Source: a bacterium
Lineage (GTDB): Bacteria > Hinthialibacterota > Hinthialibacteria > Hinthialibacterales > Hinthialibacteraceae
Reading direction: 5' to 3'
Assembly (NCBI GenBank): GCA_963663405.2
Contig: CAXXSM010000109.1
Location: forward strand, 1-64,000
DNA: 64,000 nucleotides
In this document: in pieces, positions 10,873-21,600 of the stretch
How the letters are laid out: each line of letters opens with the position of its first letter
Numbering within the stretch: the first letter of the stretch is position 1
Notes under the pieces: generated by a model
Told to the model about the DNA's origin: nothing
The model's input: only the letters and a program-made list of their open reading frames with translations
The model's database searches: none
Program-made: the position numbers and the translations under genes

Positions 10873-12111
10873 TCAACTTTGACTCGTCATTTCGACCAAT
10901 GGCACGTCCTTAAACAAAACTCGTTGATTTGACGATTCCGCTTTTTGCAATGAATTTTTATTAGGTTTCTGTGACGATAACGCATCCGCGAAACGCACGA
11001 TATCTTTCGTCGCTTTGCCCCGCCGGGACACATCCTGCAGGGGCCGCCCTTGATTAATCGCCGATTGTACAGCGCTTCGATCGTCACGTATCGTAATCAG
11101 TTGATTTCGATCTAATGCGCGGGTGATATGCCCTAAAGTCACGGAAGCGCTCTTCGAAAACGCGTTGACGACAACAAGTAAATTGTCAAACTCAATACCA
11201 CTCTCACTTAAACGCCGGAGTTTATGTGTAGCGAGTATAACGGATGGGATCTCCTGGGTTGTGATTAATATCATATCGGTGATATACGGAAACAGGATCG
11301 AAGCGGAATCATAATCATGACCGATATCAAGAATCACATTATCAAACCGTTTTCGCAGACTATCCAAAACTCTGCAAATGATCTGCTCGTCATATAAATA
11401 AGGCTGTCCGTCCTGAGGCTGAAGCAGAAGCCGCAATCCATTCTTGTGCTGCGAGGTCACACTATCGATTAACGTATCATCGATCCGCTCATTCGTCTCG
11501 CAGAGTTCTCGAAATGAAAACGCCGGCTGTAAATCCCAAAAGACGGATAGATCCCCCTGACCAAAATGATAATCCACAAGAATGGTTGAGTCGTTTTTAT
11601 AGAGGGCGTACGCCACATTACAGGCGAGCGTCGTCACTCCACACCCTCCCCGGCTGCCCCAAAAAGCGATGACCCGGCCCGTTTCCTCCACTTCGGGCGT
11701 TTTCTCTACGACACGGGTTTTCAACCGCGAAAACACATCCTGGACTTCTTCCAACTCCAGTGGCTTCACGAGAAATTCGTCCGCCCCAGAGCGGAAACAG
11801 CGCAATATGAGATCGGGATCTTCATCCGCGCTGAGAGCGACGATCCGCGCTGGACATTCACTCGAACGAATTTTATCTATTAAATGTAAATTCTCTTCAT
11901 CGATGGAAAGGAAAACGAAATCGGGTTGATGCCGATCCACCAAGGATGACGCCAGCGAATAGGACGTCGTCTCAGCGGCGATTTCTACAAGATCCGTAGC
12001 CTGTAGTGTGGATGTATTGCATACCAATTCGTCGTGATCGCGATCCACTACGACCACACGAATCCGGGAAGTTTTTGAACTCATTCCGTCAGTCGATTGA
12101 AAAGCAGCCAT
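10873..12111 (-). CDS. cpaE: CpaE/TadZ (receiver-like domain plus MinD-like ATPase)
   Basis: REC-like N-terminus (GADEFLVKP), deviant Walker [18 protein letters not shown]; directly upstream of cpaF. Confidence 0.88.
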   Translation of the reverse strand: MAAFQSTDGMSSKTSRIRVVVVDRDHDELVCNTSTLQATDLVEIAAETTSYSLASSLVDRHQPDFVFLSIDEENLHLIDKIRSSECPARIVALSADEDPDLILRCFRSGADEFLVKPLELEEVQDVFSRLKTRVVEKTPEVEETGRVIAFWGSRGGCGVTTLACNVAYALYKNDSTILVDYHFGQGDLSVFWDLQPAFSFRELCETNERIDDTLIDSVTSQHKNGLRLLLQPQDGQPYLYDEQIICRVLDSLRKRFDNVILDIGHDYDSASILFPYITDMILITTQEIPSVILATHKLRRLSESGIEFDNLLVVVNAFSKSASVTLGHITRALDRNQLITIRDDRSAVQSAINQGRPLQDVSRRGKATKDIVRFADALSSQKPNKNSLQKAESSNQRVLFKDVPLVEMTSQS

Positions 12112-12174
12112 TCATTTGTCCTTCACAAAAACACAGATAACATGATTACTTCATTATATCATTGTACAGCCATT

Positions 12175-12873
12175 TTACGATCCTTCTTCTTCCAGCCTGA
12201 GCCGCTTTCCTTTTAGGCAAACGGTTTTCCAGGATTCGTACGCCGCTGTATATATTGAACCACAGACTGCCTTTTCTTTCAACAATTTCCAGAAAGGAAT
12301 ACTGACACCCCGGCAACTTCGATTTGGATCCTCCTCATGTTTATCGGATAGTAACAGAAAATCACCCGCCAAACGAGCGCCAAGATCCTCCATGAAAGCC
12401 GGCGCGTAACACTGATCAAGATAAATCAAACAAGGCCCGTTTCCCAAAAGGGGCGCTAACCACTGCGGAGTCAGTGGACGATCCCGCAGCATGACCGATG
12501 GACGGCCTTGAGGGCTCGATCGGCTAATCAACAGACTGCCATGTCCGGTGATGTATAAAAGTCCCAACCGGCCGCCTTTTTTCTGGATGCGTTCCAACGC
12601 GTCCGATACGTCTTGAATAGTGGGAACCGGTTCCTCCTGCCCCAGCGCGATGATCTCATCGAAAGCAAACGGTTTCAGCGCGTCAACCGCCGTTTTGATA
12701 TTGGCCTGGTGCCGCTCCGCTGGATCGTTGTTGATTAACAACGCGCAAAGAGCGGGATGGGTGGAATCGGCCGATTCCCTATCCAGTTCCTGTCCCGCCG
12801 AACAAAGCGGGACAGAAAGAGATAGACCAACCAAATAAACTAGAATCAAACGGCGCCGCTGAAATCGCCTCAT
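12175..12873 (-). CDS. Exported protein with clan CD (caspase/C13 legumain-like) His-Cys dyad motifs
   Basis: Signal peptide; LLYITGHG and LIYLDQCYA motifs. Confidence 0.6.
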   Translation of the reverse strand: MRRFQRRRLILVYLVGLSLSVPLCSAGQELDRESADSTHPALCALLINNDPAERHQANIKTAVDALKPFAFDEIIALGQEEPVPTIQDVSDALERIQKKGGRLGLLYITGHGSLLISRSSPQGRPSVMLRDRPLTPQWLAPLLGNGPCLIYLDQCYAPAFMEDLGARLAGDFLLLSDKHEEDPNRSCRGVSIPFWKLLKEKAVCGSIYTAAYESWKTVCLKGKRLRLEEEGS

Positions 12874-12891
12874 ATATACCTATTTTGTTAA

Positions 12892-14181
12892 TTATCTCGT
12901 TAATGAAAGACTATAAATCGTTTCGGAATTGGGCATATCCGGATTGATAATCGCTGTTTCCGTCGTGATCTGCGCTGGCTGCAGCACAAAATATCTCTGC
13001 GTTTCGTCACTCGGCCATTGCGAATCACACACCGTCACCGCTTTAAATTCCGTGATTTCATGGTATTCATATATCCCACAGCAAGTTTCTGGCAAACTAA
13101 ACGCCTTTCCCTTCAATAAACCACTCAGATCATCCAGTGGATACGCGCAGGCGGTCGGTGGCGATGAGCCAATACTCAACGTTTCAAACAATGAGACGAT
13201 GCGCGTTTCCCCTTTGATATATCGAAGCGCGGAATGCCAGGAACTGGACATCCAATGCTCGCCTGGAAGCCATTTATAAAAGCCACCCTCTCCATCTTCC
13301 ATGAGTTTCAGTCCACTTACGGCGTCGAGATCGGTTTCATTCATACCGTTGTATATTTGGTTCCTTACATACGTGGTGCCAACTACGGCGGCGACAAAAC
13401 TGGTGCGGCAATTTCCCGTCTGACCGGGAATCCCCTCATCCGGTTTAAACATTGCGGCGTAAATTTCCGGGATTCCGTCCGATCCATACGATACCACACC
13501 ATCTTCCACCCGGTAATTATCCCAGCTGGTCATGCCATCGGGTGGTGGAGAATGCCGTTGGTCATACCACGTGTCTTTCCAAATCGTGAAAGGAAGCATC
13601 GGAAGACTTTCACCGTCATTGACACTGAATCCTACGATCCGGTCATCGAGTGTCGCCGTGGCGCGAGTCGTCACTTCCACATCGTTCGAACCGGTAATCG
13701 CTCCGAGAAACAAGCCCAATGGGCCATTGATCTCTTGCGACAATTTCGTTTCTACTTGCACTGAATTGTATTTAGGTATACTGTCGATTTCTAATACGGA
13801 AGATTGATTGGTCGGATCGGCGAGATACCCCACCACGATATCGCCGTCGATATTGTTTGCTTCGTTTGGATCGATCGTGATAGACCGGCTCGTTACGGTT
13901 TGATATTCAACGTATTGCCTGGAGTATTCACGCGAAATGGGAATATCATCGCTTTGATCGGGTGTCCCATACAAAGCGTCTTTGTCCCGCAGCAACGCGG
14001 CGCCGGCCAGCGCAGAGGAATCAGAGGTATGTTGCAATTGCCCTTCCGCCACAACAATCCAACCAATGTCGACCGATAAAGCGACAAGCAGCATCAACAA
14101 CGTGATACTCACTGAAATTAAAACAAGTATAGCCCCTCTTTCATGCCCTCTCGATGTTATCGCAGTGATGTTTTTATCCAT
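12892..14181 (-). CDS. tadG: TadG-like pilus tip/minor pilin
   Basis: ERGAILVLISVSITLLMLLVALSVDIG...LQHTSDSSALAGA Tad N-terminal domain. Confidence 0.85.
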   Translation of the reverse strand: MDKNITAITSRGHERGAILVLISVSITLLMLLVALSVDIGWIVVAEGQLQHTSDSSALAGAALLRDKDALYGTPDQSDDIPISREYSRQYVEYQTVTSRSITIDPNEANNIDGDIVVGYLADPTNQSSVLEIDSIPKYNSVQVETKLSQEINGPLGLFLGAITGSNDVEVTTRATATLDDRIVGFSVNDGESLPMLPFTIWKDTWYDQRHSPPPDGMTSWDNYRVEDGVVSYGSDGIPEIYAAMFKPDEGIPGQTGNCRTSFVAAVVGTTYVRNQIYNGMNETDLDAVSGLKLMEDGEGGFYKWLPGEHWMSSSWHSALRYIKGETRIVSLFETLSIGSSPPTACAYPLDDLSGLLKGKAFSLPETCCGIYEYHEITEFKAVTVCDSQWPSDETQRYFVLQPAQITTETAIINPDMPNSETIYSLSLTR

Positions 14182-14198
14182 GATTCGGTCCTGCCTTG

Positions 14199-15596
14199 TT
14201 ATTCATTAGTAATCCCTTTGCCGGAAATGATTTCACTTTCACTGATCGCAGGCGCCGCGATCGGATTCGCCATGGAAGTGTCCTCCACCAAAGGGTCCTT
14301 TTTAGAAAAGAAACTCGGTTCCGGATCTTCAACGGGTTCTGGAACCTCGTATTGATCCCCATTCATCAAGGAAGAGACGAGATGGGGGGTTACCATAATG
14401 AGCAGTTCGGTTTCTTCTTCAGAAATTTCTTTCCCGCTGAAGAGAGTGCCGATTACGGGGATATCCCCAAAACCGGGCACTTTCCGGCGAGTATGTTGTT
14501 TCGTATTCTTCAAAAGCCCTGCGATCGCAAACGTTTGCCCATCCTGCAACTGCACAACCGTTTTCGCCCGCCGGGTAAGGATCGTTGGCACGGAATGTCC
14601 ACTGATCTGAAGGCCAGAAGAAAAATCGAGATCACTCACTTCTGGCGCGATATCCAAGTTGATCATATCATTTCCCAACACGGTCGGCGTAAATTCAAGC
14701 CGCACACCAAATTCTTTATATTCAATAGAGACCGCATTCGATAAACCACCTTGCACAACCGGGATGGGAAACTCACCGCCCGCAAGGAAATTGGCTGTTT
14801 CGCCACTCCGCGCAATTAAATTTGGTTGCGCAAGAATATGCAGCATACCTTTCGATTCCATCATCTGGAGAAATCCGGTTACATCACTGTTGGGGATTCC
14901 AAAGAAGAGCGTAACCACATCCGCCATCTCCAGTTCACCTCCGGGCCCCCAATCTCCTGACGCTAAACCTCCAAGTTTGGATCCACCGATGAAATTGTCT
15001 TTATGGAGAACCCAATTCGTACCAAATTCATTCCGGAATGAGGTGGCGACTTCCGCGATCTTCACTTTCAACAACACTTGGTGAACTCCAGGAACCTTCA
15101 ACAGATTGACGATCATCGGAGAATAAGTTTTCGCTATTTCCAACGCTTTATCGAGCGCTTCGAGCGAACTCAATTCCCCTTTGAGCGCGACACCTGTTTC
15201 CAAGGAAAGCACTTCAATCGCCTCATCCGGAAGTGTGATCTTCAAAATATCCTTGATCGCTTGTGTATTCCAACGGACTTTTAAATCATGAGTCCGTGTC
15301 TTACCGTCTTCGGTCCAGATAACAAGGCTGGTTTCCCCTACACTGGAGCCGGTGATCAGAATCTGTTTGGGATCGATAATCTGCACGTCCGCAATCTCCG
15401 GCGCGACAACCGAGACACGCTCTGCGCTTGTTTTTAATTTCACCAATACAGATTTGTTAACTACAATTTCAAGCGTTTCTTCACTAGGCGACAGCAGATC
15501 GATGGTTGGAATCCCACATATGGGTAACGATCCAATCCACTGCATACAAAAAACAAGTATCAAGAAAACGAGTTTGAGACGAACGGTTGCCTGCAT
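14199..15596 (-). CDS. cpaC: Tad secretin RcpA/CpaC
   Basis: QVLLKVKIAEV, ANFLAGGEFPIP, EYKEFGVRLEFTP, KVPGFGDIPVIGTLF, ETELLIMVTPHLV. Confidence 0.93.
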   Translation of the reverse strand: MQATVRLKLVFLILVFCMQWIGSLPICGIPTIDLLSPSEETLEIVVNKSVLVKLKTSAERVSVVAPEIADVQIIDPKQILITGSSVGETSLVIWTEDGKTRTHDLKVRWNTQAIKDILKITLPDEAIEVLSLETGVALKGELSSLEALDKALEIAKTYSPMIVNLLKVPGVHQVLLKVKIAEVATSFRNEFGTNWVLHKDNFIGGSKLGGLASGDWGPGGELEMADVVTLFFGIPNSDVTGFLQMMESKGMLHILAQPNLIARSGETANFLAGGEFPIPVVQGGLSNAVSIEYKEFGVRLEFTPTVLGNDMINLDIAPEVSDLDFSSGLQISGHSVPTILTRRAKTVVQLQDGQTFAIAGLLKNTKQHTRRKVPGFGDIPVIGTLFSGKEISEEETELLIMVTPHLVSSLMNGDQYEVPEPVEDPEPSFFSKKDPLVEDTSMANPIAAPAISESEIISGKGITNE

Positions 15597-15756
15597 TTCT
15601 TATTCTCCACAATATATAATCGCCAGCATAAACTTTCATGCATGCGTCATAAGCAATTGTAACATTACTCATTCGATTGCTCCGTTCCCTCAACAGTAAC
15701 GTCTTCTCAACATAACAAAAAATCAGCAAAACAAATAGAGGTTTTTTCATTCGATA

Positions 15757-16629
15757 TTAAGATTTATCAACAAATGTCTTAACGGTTATCGTACCACCTT
15801 GATCAAGCACAACCGTCCGCATAGGAACGGGTGTTGGGGTGGGGAGAATAGGCGCCGGTTCGGGCTCAGTGAAAAGTACCGGTTCGGGGGGGTCCAATCC
15901 CTGATGCACATTGGGGATCAGGCTGGTTAGTCTGGCGCCTTCCGTGGTTTCTTCCACTTTATCCGTGTGATTCCGCAGCACCAACAACACTGTGCCCGCG
16001 TTCGACGCCAGGGCCAGACGCTCCGCCTGCTCCAACGTCACCAGCACCGTCACCGTCGGCACCACCTTCGCCCGGTTCTCATCCTTCCGCTCGATCTCCT
16101 TGCCCGTCGCGATGACCCGGATGTTCTGCAAGATCACCTTGCTGATCGTCTCCCGGCCTGCCCCGTCATAATCAATATCGACGGTTGTAACAATATCTAT
16201 ATAGTGCCCGGGCCGAATAAATCCCGCCACGCTGATCGTCTCATCCACCCGCACCGTAAACGCCCGCTGCTTGTCGGGGATCAACGCGGGCAATCCACCG
16301 GCTGAACCCGGTTCCACCAGCCGCTTCTCGACAATCACTTCATCCTTATAGATCGCCGACTTCACCATCCGGCCCACGACCTCATTTTTGTTCTTGATCG
16401 CGCCGGGAGGCGCCGCTTCCGCAACCCGTTCGACCAGGTCGATATGCTCCGACCGAATCGTCGTGCCCGCGGGGATCTCCTCTTTCGCGATCACCAACGC
16501 CGTCATGGGAACGGCGGCGGCCGTTTCGGTCTTCTTCTGTTGCTGCATGTACTTCACAACCGCGGCGCTGGCGAACAACCCCGACAACACCGCGATGGCG
16601 AGAACGAGAAACGCGGCTGCTTTCGACAT
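15757..16629 (-). CDS. cpaB: Flp pilus assembly protein CpaB/RcpC
   Basis: SAF domain (VIAKEEIPAGTTI), VAGFIRPGHYIDI, ILQNIRVIA, EQAERLALA. Confidence 0.92.
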   Translation of the reverse strand: MSKAAAFLVLAIAVLSGLFASAAVVKYMQQQKKTETAAAVPMTALVIAKEEIPAGTTIRSEHIDLVERVAEAAPPGAIKNKNEVVGRMVKSAIYKDEVIVEKRLVEPGSAGGLPALIPDKQRAFTVRVDETISVAGFIRPGHYIDIVTTVDIDYDGAGRETISKVILQNIRVIATGKEIERKDENRAKVVPTVTVLVTLEQAERLALASNAGTVLLVLRNHTDKVEETTEGARLTSLIPNVHQGLDPPEPVLFTEPEPAPILPTPTPVPMRTVVLDQGGTITVKTFVDKS

Positions 16630-16724
16630 CTTTCAAACACTCCTTTGTCCGATTAACATTCCTTTGTCTTCCAAAAGGGGCGTCTCCTTCCCGGACCGCC
16701 GGGAGGAAACAACCCCGATGTGTG

Positions 16725-17150
16725 TCATCCAAACCCTTCCTTGCGCATGACCACCACACCCTCCAGCGTCATCCCGTCCAGCCCCGGAAAGAACCCGGGC
16801 ACCCAGGCGATGGAACTGTAATTGATCCGCAGACTGATCGTCACCGGATCGTTCCGCTCCGCGTCGCTGATGTCCGACGGGGTGAAGACGTAACTGTCCA
16901 CGGTCAGGCCCGCGCCGGACAGTTCCTGGTTGATCTTGGCCAACACCATGTCGTTATCCGTGCCGGGCAGCGCCGCCACGCGCGCGCCCTCCCGCGCCGC
17001 CGAATTCAGTATGTGCACCACCATCATCACCCGCCCGAATTCGAGAATCCCAAAAAGGATCAGCAGCAGCAAAGGAAGAACGACAGCGAATTCCACTGTC
17101 GCGACGCCCCGTTCGGATGGGGAAGGTTGAAATCTTCGTCCGATCCTCAT
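16725..17150 (-). CDS. tadE: TadE/TadF minor pilin
   Basis: RGVATVEFAVVLPLLLLILFGILEFG...AAREGAR. Confidence 0.92.
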   Translation of the reverse strand: MRIGRRFQPSPSERGVATVEFAVVLPLLLLILFGILEFGRVMMVVHILNSAAREGARVAALPGTDNDMVLAKINQELSGAGLTVDSYVFTPSDISDAERNDPVTISLRINYSSIAWVPGFFPGLDGMTLEGVVVMRKEGFG

Positions 17151-17151
17151 C

Positions 17152-17676
17152 TTAGATAAGACCTCCGAATAAAAAGTACGCGTAGAAGCCAAACGCGATC
17201 GGCACGCCATAGGGAAGCAGGATTTTCTTCGGCGCGCTGGCGCCCATCCCGGCGTCGAGTGAACTCATCGACATCATATTCTTCCCCGCACAGAGCAGAA
17301 CACTCACCCGGTCCACCACTTCACGGCTGCGCAGGATCGAATAGGCGCCCATCGCGCCGCCAATCAGAACGATCCACAAAAACGCCTGCCAAGTCACCGC
17401 CGCGCCGACCCAGGCGCCCACGGAGGCCATCAGTTTGACGTCTCCCGCGCCCATGCCTTTCAACGCGTACGGGATGATGAGAGTGGAGAAACCGACCACC
17501 GTTCCGAGCAGGCTGGCGCCCAAACCGCTCCATCCGTTCAGCAGGGTGTGAAACAGTACGCCAAAAATCCAGGCGGACAGTGTCAACCAATTGGGCACAC
17601 GATGATCTTTCCAGTCGATATACGCCGCGACAGCCAAGATTCCCATGGCGGCTCCGGTAGTGGTTTCAATGTTCAT
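17152..17676 (-). CDS. cpaA: A24 prepilin peptidase CpaA/TadV
   Basis: AYIDWKDHRVPNWLT, GMGAGDVKLMA, LPYGVPI. Confidence 0.92.
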   Translation of the reverse strand: MNIETTTGAAMGILAVAAYIDWKDHRVPNWLTLSAWIFGVLFHTLLNGWSGLGASLLGTVVGFSTLIIPYALKGMGAGDVKLMASVGAWVGAAVTWQAFLWIVLIGGAMGAYSILRSREVVDRVSVLLCAGKNMMSMSSLDAGMGASAPKKILLPYGVPIAFGFYAYFLFGGLI

Positions 17677-17781
17677 GATTGGTTCCTGCTCTTATCCGTA
17701 TTATTCTAAAAAAGTTTCTATTATGATCTATTTTATTCCACAAACATTCAAAAATTAAATCGATAGGGCTTAGAAATAGAA

Positions 17782-17851
17782 GGGGGAGAGTTACATCGGA
17801 GAACGTCTTTTCATCAAAGATTGCTAGTGACCGTCCCGGTAACTCTCCCCC
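17782..17851 (-). terminator. Long stem-loop downstream of flp (terminator or mRNA stabiliser)
   Basis: Perfect 13-bp arms GGGGGAGAGTTAC/GTAACTCTCCCCC, followed by a T-rich tail on the minus strand. Confidence 0.7.
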
Positions 17852-17885
17852 ATCCCTGCGTTTAGGTTGTATGGGGATGAATCAA

Positions 17886-18071
17886 TCAACCACCGACTTC
17901 AGGCAGAGCGTCTCTGGCTTCGGTGAAGACACCTTCGACTCGTTCGCCGAGTTGCGTAACGATTGTGATACAGGCGACGATAATCAGGGCGAGAAGAACG
18001 GCGTATTCAACGGCTGTGGGACCATCTTCACTTGTAAAGAATTGTTTCACTGCGTTCAAGGCTGTTTTCAT
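17886..18071 (-). CDS. flp: Flp/Fap type IVb major pilin
   Basis: 61 aa; EDGPTAVEYAVLLALI Flp motif; GGAGG RBS. Confidence 0.95.
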   Translation of the reverse strand: MKTALNAVKQFFTSEDGPTAVEYAVLLALIIVACITIVTQLGERVEGVFTEARDALPEVGG

Positions 18072-18658
18072 GATACTTCCTCCGAGAAAAAGTTTTTTAG
18101 GATGATTCTTACTTCAATAAGTAAGATAAATGAACTCTGTTTTTTTTGATACTTTTTGGTTTGAATTAATATCAAAATTTTTATTTATGTAAATTTATAT
18201 TGATAATTAATTCCGTATTAATCAAGAAAATTGAAGATCAGAAAATTTCAAAAAACACATTCAGTTTGTTTCTTTGAATCCATAAACTCTCAATGCTTAC
18301 AACGACTAGTAAAGCGCGCAATGACAAAATGTCAATAAATTTTTCATAAAAAATCCGGAAAAAGGAAATGATGAAAGAAATCAACCTTTAGACGGGGAGA
18401 AACGATTGAAAAATAAAATTAAGTAAATCATTTATTTAATTAAACTTATAAATAAATATCCATGATCAACATTAAAAATACCCTCTGAAAAAACATTGGA
18501 AAGATATCTATAATTCATTCAGATTTTCTTTAAAAATATATAAATTTTTATAGACTTTTTTGCTATGTTGGAGGGATATTAGCATTACTAGAACAGGTAA
18601 AGTGAGTGGAAAGTATATTGTAAACTTGCTGAAAACCAAATTATAAGAAGGTGGATTT

Positions 18659-21600
18659 TTAAAGGCGGTTGATTTGGAGAATCTCTTCTCCGACTGTCTC
18701 TTGAGCTAATTCGAGAAGCCGTTCATGGTGGGTGAAATAGACAACTTGAGCCCGGTTTGAGATTTCAGCGAATAGACGCAACGCCGCGTTGGATCGTTCA
18801 TCATCAAAATGAACAAGAACATCATCCAGAATAAAAGGCATCGGCTCATGATTTTTGAGATATCGCTCCAAACTCGCCAGACGCAGCGAAAGATACAATT
18901 GATCGCGGGTTCCATCACTCATCCCATCGACATCAATGCGTTCCCCTGAACCGGAGCGAATCCCTTGAAGAACCAGTTGGTCTTTTTCGTTGAAATCCGT
19001 ATCTAGTTTTTCGAATGAATTCAATGTCAATTCCGAGAACAATTCTCCCGCGCGTAACAAAAGAGGCCCTTGGTTCTTCTCACGGTATAGTTCGATTTCA
19101 CGGCGAAGCGCGGCGGACGCTAAGCGCACGACGGTATATCGTTCCACTCCTGCCCGGATACGGGCCAAAATCTCCTGCGCCGTTTCCGCCGATTCCGCGG
19201 CTTTCGAATCTCCTCGCATCGATTCTAATTCCCGGCGTTCGGCGCCGATTGTTTCGCTGAGTTTTGACTGTTTATCCGTCAGTTCTCTAATCTGTTCCGT
19301 GATTCCAGCGATCTGGCTGTCAAGAACATCCGCGTCAGATGATTCCGCATCTTGGATGAGTTCATCCACTCCCATCCCATCACCGAGTTCGATCAATCGT
19401 TCTTCCAAATTACGGATATTCTGATCAATTTCCCGGGCTCGTTTGGATTTTCGCTCCGCTTCCGGCAATTCATCAAGTTCGTTACAATGAGCCTCACGTT
19501 GCAATTCATGAAGACAGGCGTTGGATTGGTTAATCTCGGTCCGGGCCTTCTCTAAAACTTTCGTCTTCTTTTCAAGCGATTCAATTAATCGAGTTTTTAA
19601 ATCACTTTTCTTCCTAGCCTCATTTAACCTCACATAAAGTTCATCAATGACTGACAAGGCTGGTTGATTGATTAGATCGGGCGCGGCCTTCTCCGCCAAG
19701 TCTTTTACTTCGGCAGAATACTGTTTCATTTCGCGGTTGATTCCATCGATTCGATCTTGAAATCCCCGCGCATCTTTTCTCTTTTCTAATGACTCCGCAA
19801 TCTTACCAACAACAGCGTTTGCTACACCAGGAGAAGCTTCCCGGTTCAATCCGAGTGGTTTGACTGCATCGGCCCATTTTGTCCCCCACTGTAAGAGATC
19901 GAATTCAGCGCGTTTCTGGATTTGAATGTTTTTTTCGAGTTCCTTTTCCAGACCACTGACTTCAGTTTCAAAATTTTCACGATTTTTCGCGATTTGTTCG
20001 ATCCGTTTTATCACCCGCCTCGCTCGTTCGATTATTTGTTGCAACGATTCATCCTTAACGTCTTTCGGTTCTCCCAATGATTCCAAACATCTTCCCAGTT
20101 GAGACTGACATTTTTCAATACAAACCTTTAACTCATTGATTTGTCTATGTTTATCTCTAAATTCCTCAGATTTATGTATAAGAGAATCACGCTTGCGCAT
20201 CCAAGATCGCATTTCCTTAGGGGGAAGAGGTTCTGTTTCTAAGAAGCTCCATAAATTAGACCAATTATTCTGTATTTCCTTCTCTCTCTGATTTTGTCGA
20301 TCGCGCTGATTTGAAAAATCTTCAATTCGTTGAATGCATTTCTCTCGTTCGATAACTAGTTGAGCATACGCCGCCGCGCGATCCGCTTCATTACGTAATT
20401 GATCTGAAACGTCATCCGCAGAAACCACACTCTTTTCGTATGCGCTGGAAAGCGGCAATCCTAATCCGAATGTATCTGCAAAACGTTTCGTTTCCTCTTG
20501 ATTCTCTTTTTTCTCCAGCCATGCGGCTTTAACCAACCGCCATCCTTCTTCCCGTTTTTCCCGCGCTTGAGTGAGTTCTTCTTCTAAAGGAACTTTTCCT
20601 TTGGATTGAATCTCATCCACTTTTTGATCGAGATCAGACTTCTTCTTTTCTTCATCTAAGATCAATCCATTGATCTTATTCAATTCATTCTTTGTTTCAG
20701 AGAATTCAGTTTCAAAACGGTCGATTGTTTCTTCCGGAGGAGCAGGCAGTTTTTCAAGACCTTCCAACGATCCATTCCATAATGGAAGCGCCTCTAGATT
20801 GATTCCGCATTCATCTTCCAGTTGCTGGCATTCTCTCGCTGCGGTTTTCAACACAGTTTCCACATTTCCCTGTTCGAGGGCCGTCTGGATAGCGCTTTCA
20901 AGAAAATCGGTGTTTTTCGGCTCCTCCATAGATTGAATTGTATTCTTCGCCTCTTCGATTTGCCGCTTTAGATCATCGATTTTCTCTTTCGAATCCTTGT
21001 TTTTGTTAATCAACGCTTGATACTGGCTGCTGAGTTCCGAAATCCGCGCTTTATCCTGCGCGGTCAACTGGAGCGCTTCCGCCTCTTTTGAATCGAATTG
21101 GGGATGGACTTCGTGTAAAATGGTTTCCGCGTCTCTTTCCGCCTGATCGCGTTGTGCGATTAGGTACGGAAGGTCTTTCTGTGCCTTATCCGGCCCTCCC
21201 CGATCTTTGTAGAGCCTCTCAATTGCATCGCTCCAACGCAGTATCGTTTCCGGAACGATAACATTTTCAATCTCTTTTTCGATTGTTTTGAGCGTTTCTT
21301 CCGTCTCTTTTTCAACGGTCCTTGCATTCATGAGAGTTTGAACCGTTCCAACCCGTTCTTCGGTGAAATTCTCACGCAGGAGGGGAATTTCTCCCATCTC
21401 TTCACGCTCGCGGATCATCTCTTTCCGTTTCGCGGCCGGCACGAGAGATTTTTTTATGCGGTCCAATCGTTTATCTTCCCGCCGCAGAGCAGTCATTTCC
21501 TCATCGAGTTTCTCTTTTTGTACTAATGAATTCTTAAGCGTATCATGATGATGCTGCCAATCCACGCTGGATAGAGAGGCGTCCCGGATCATCTTTTTAA

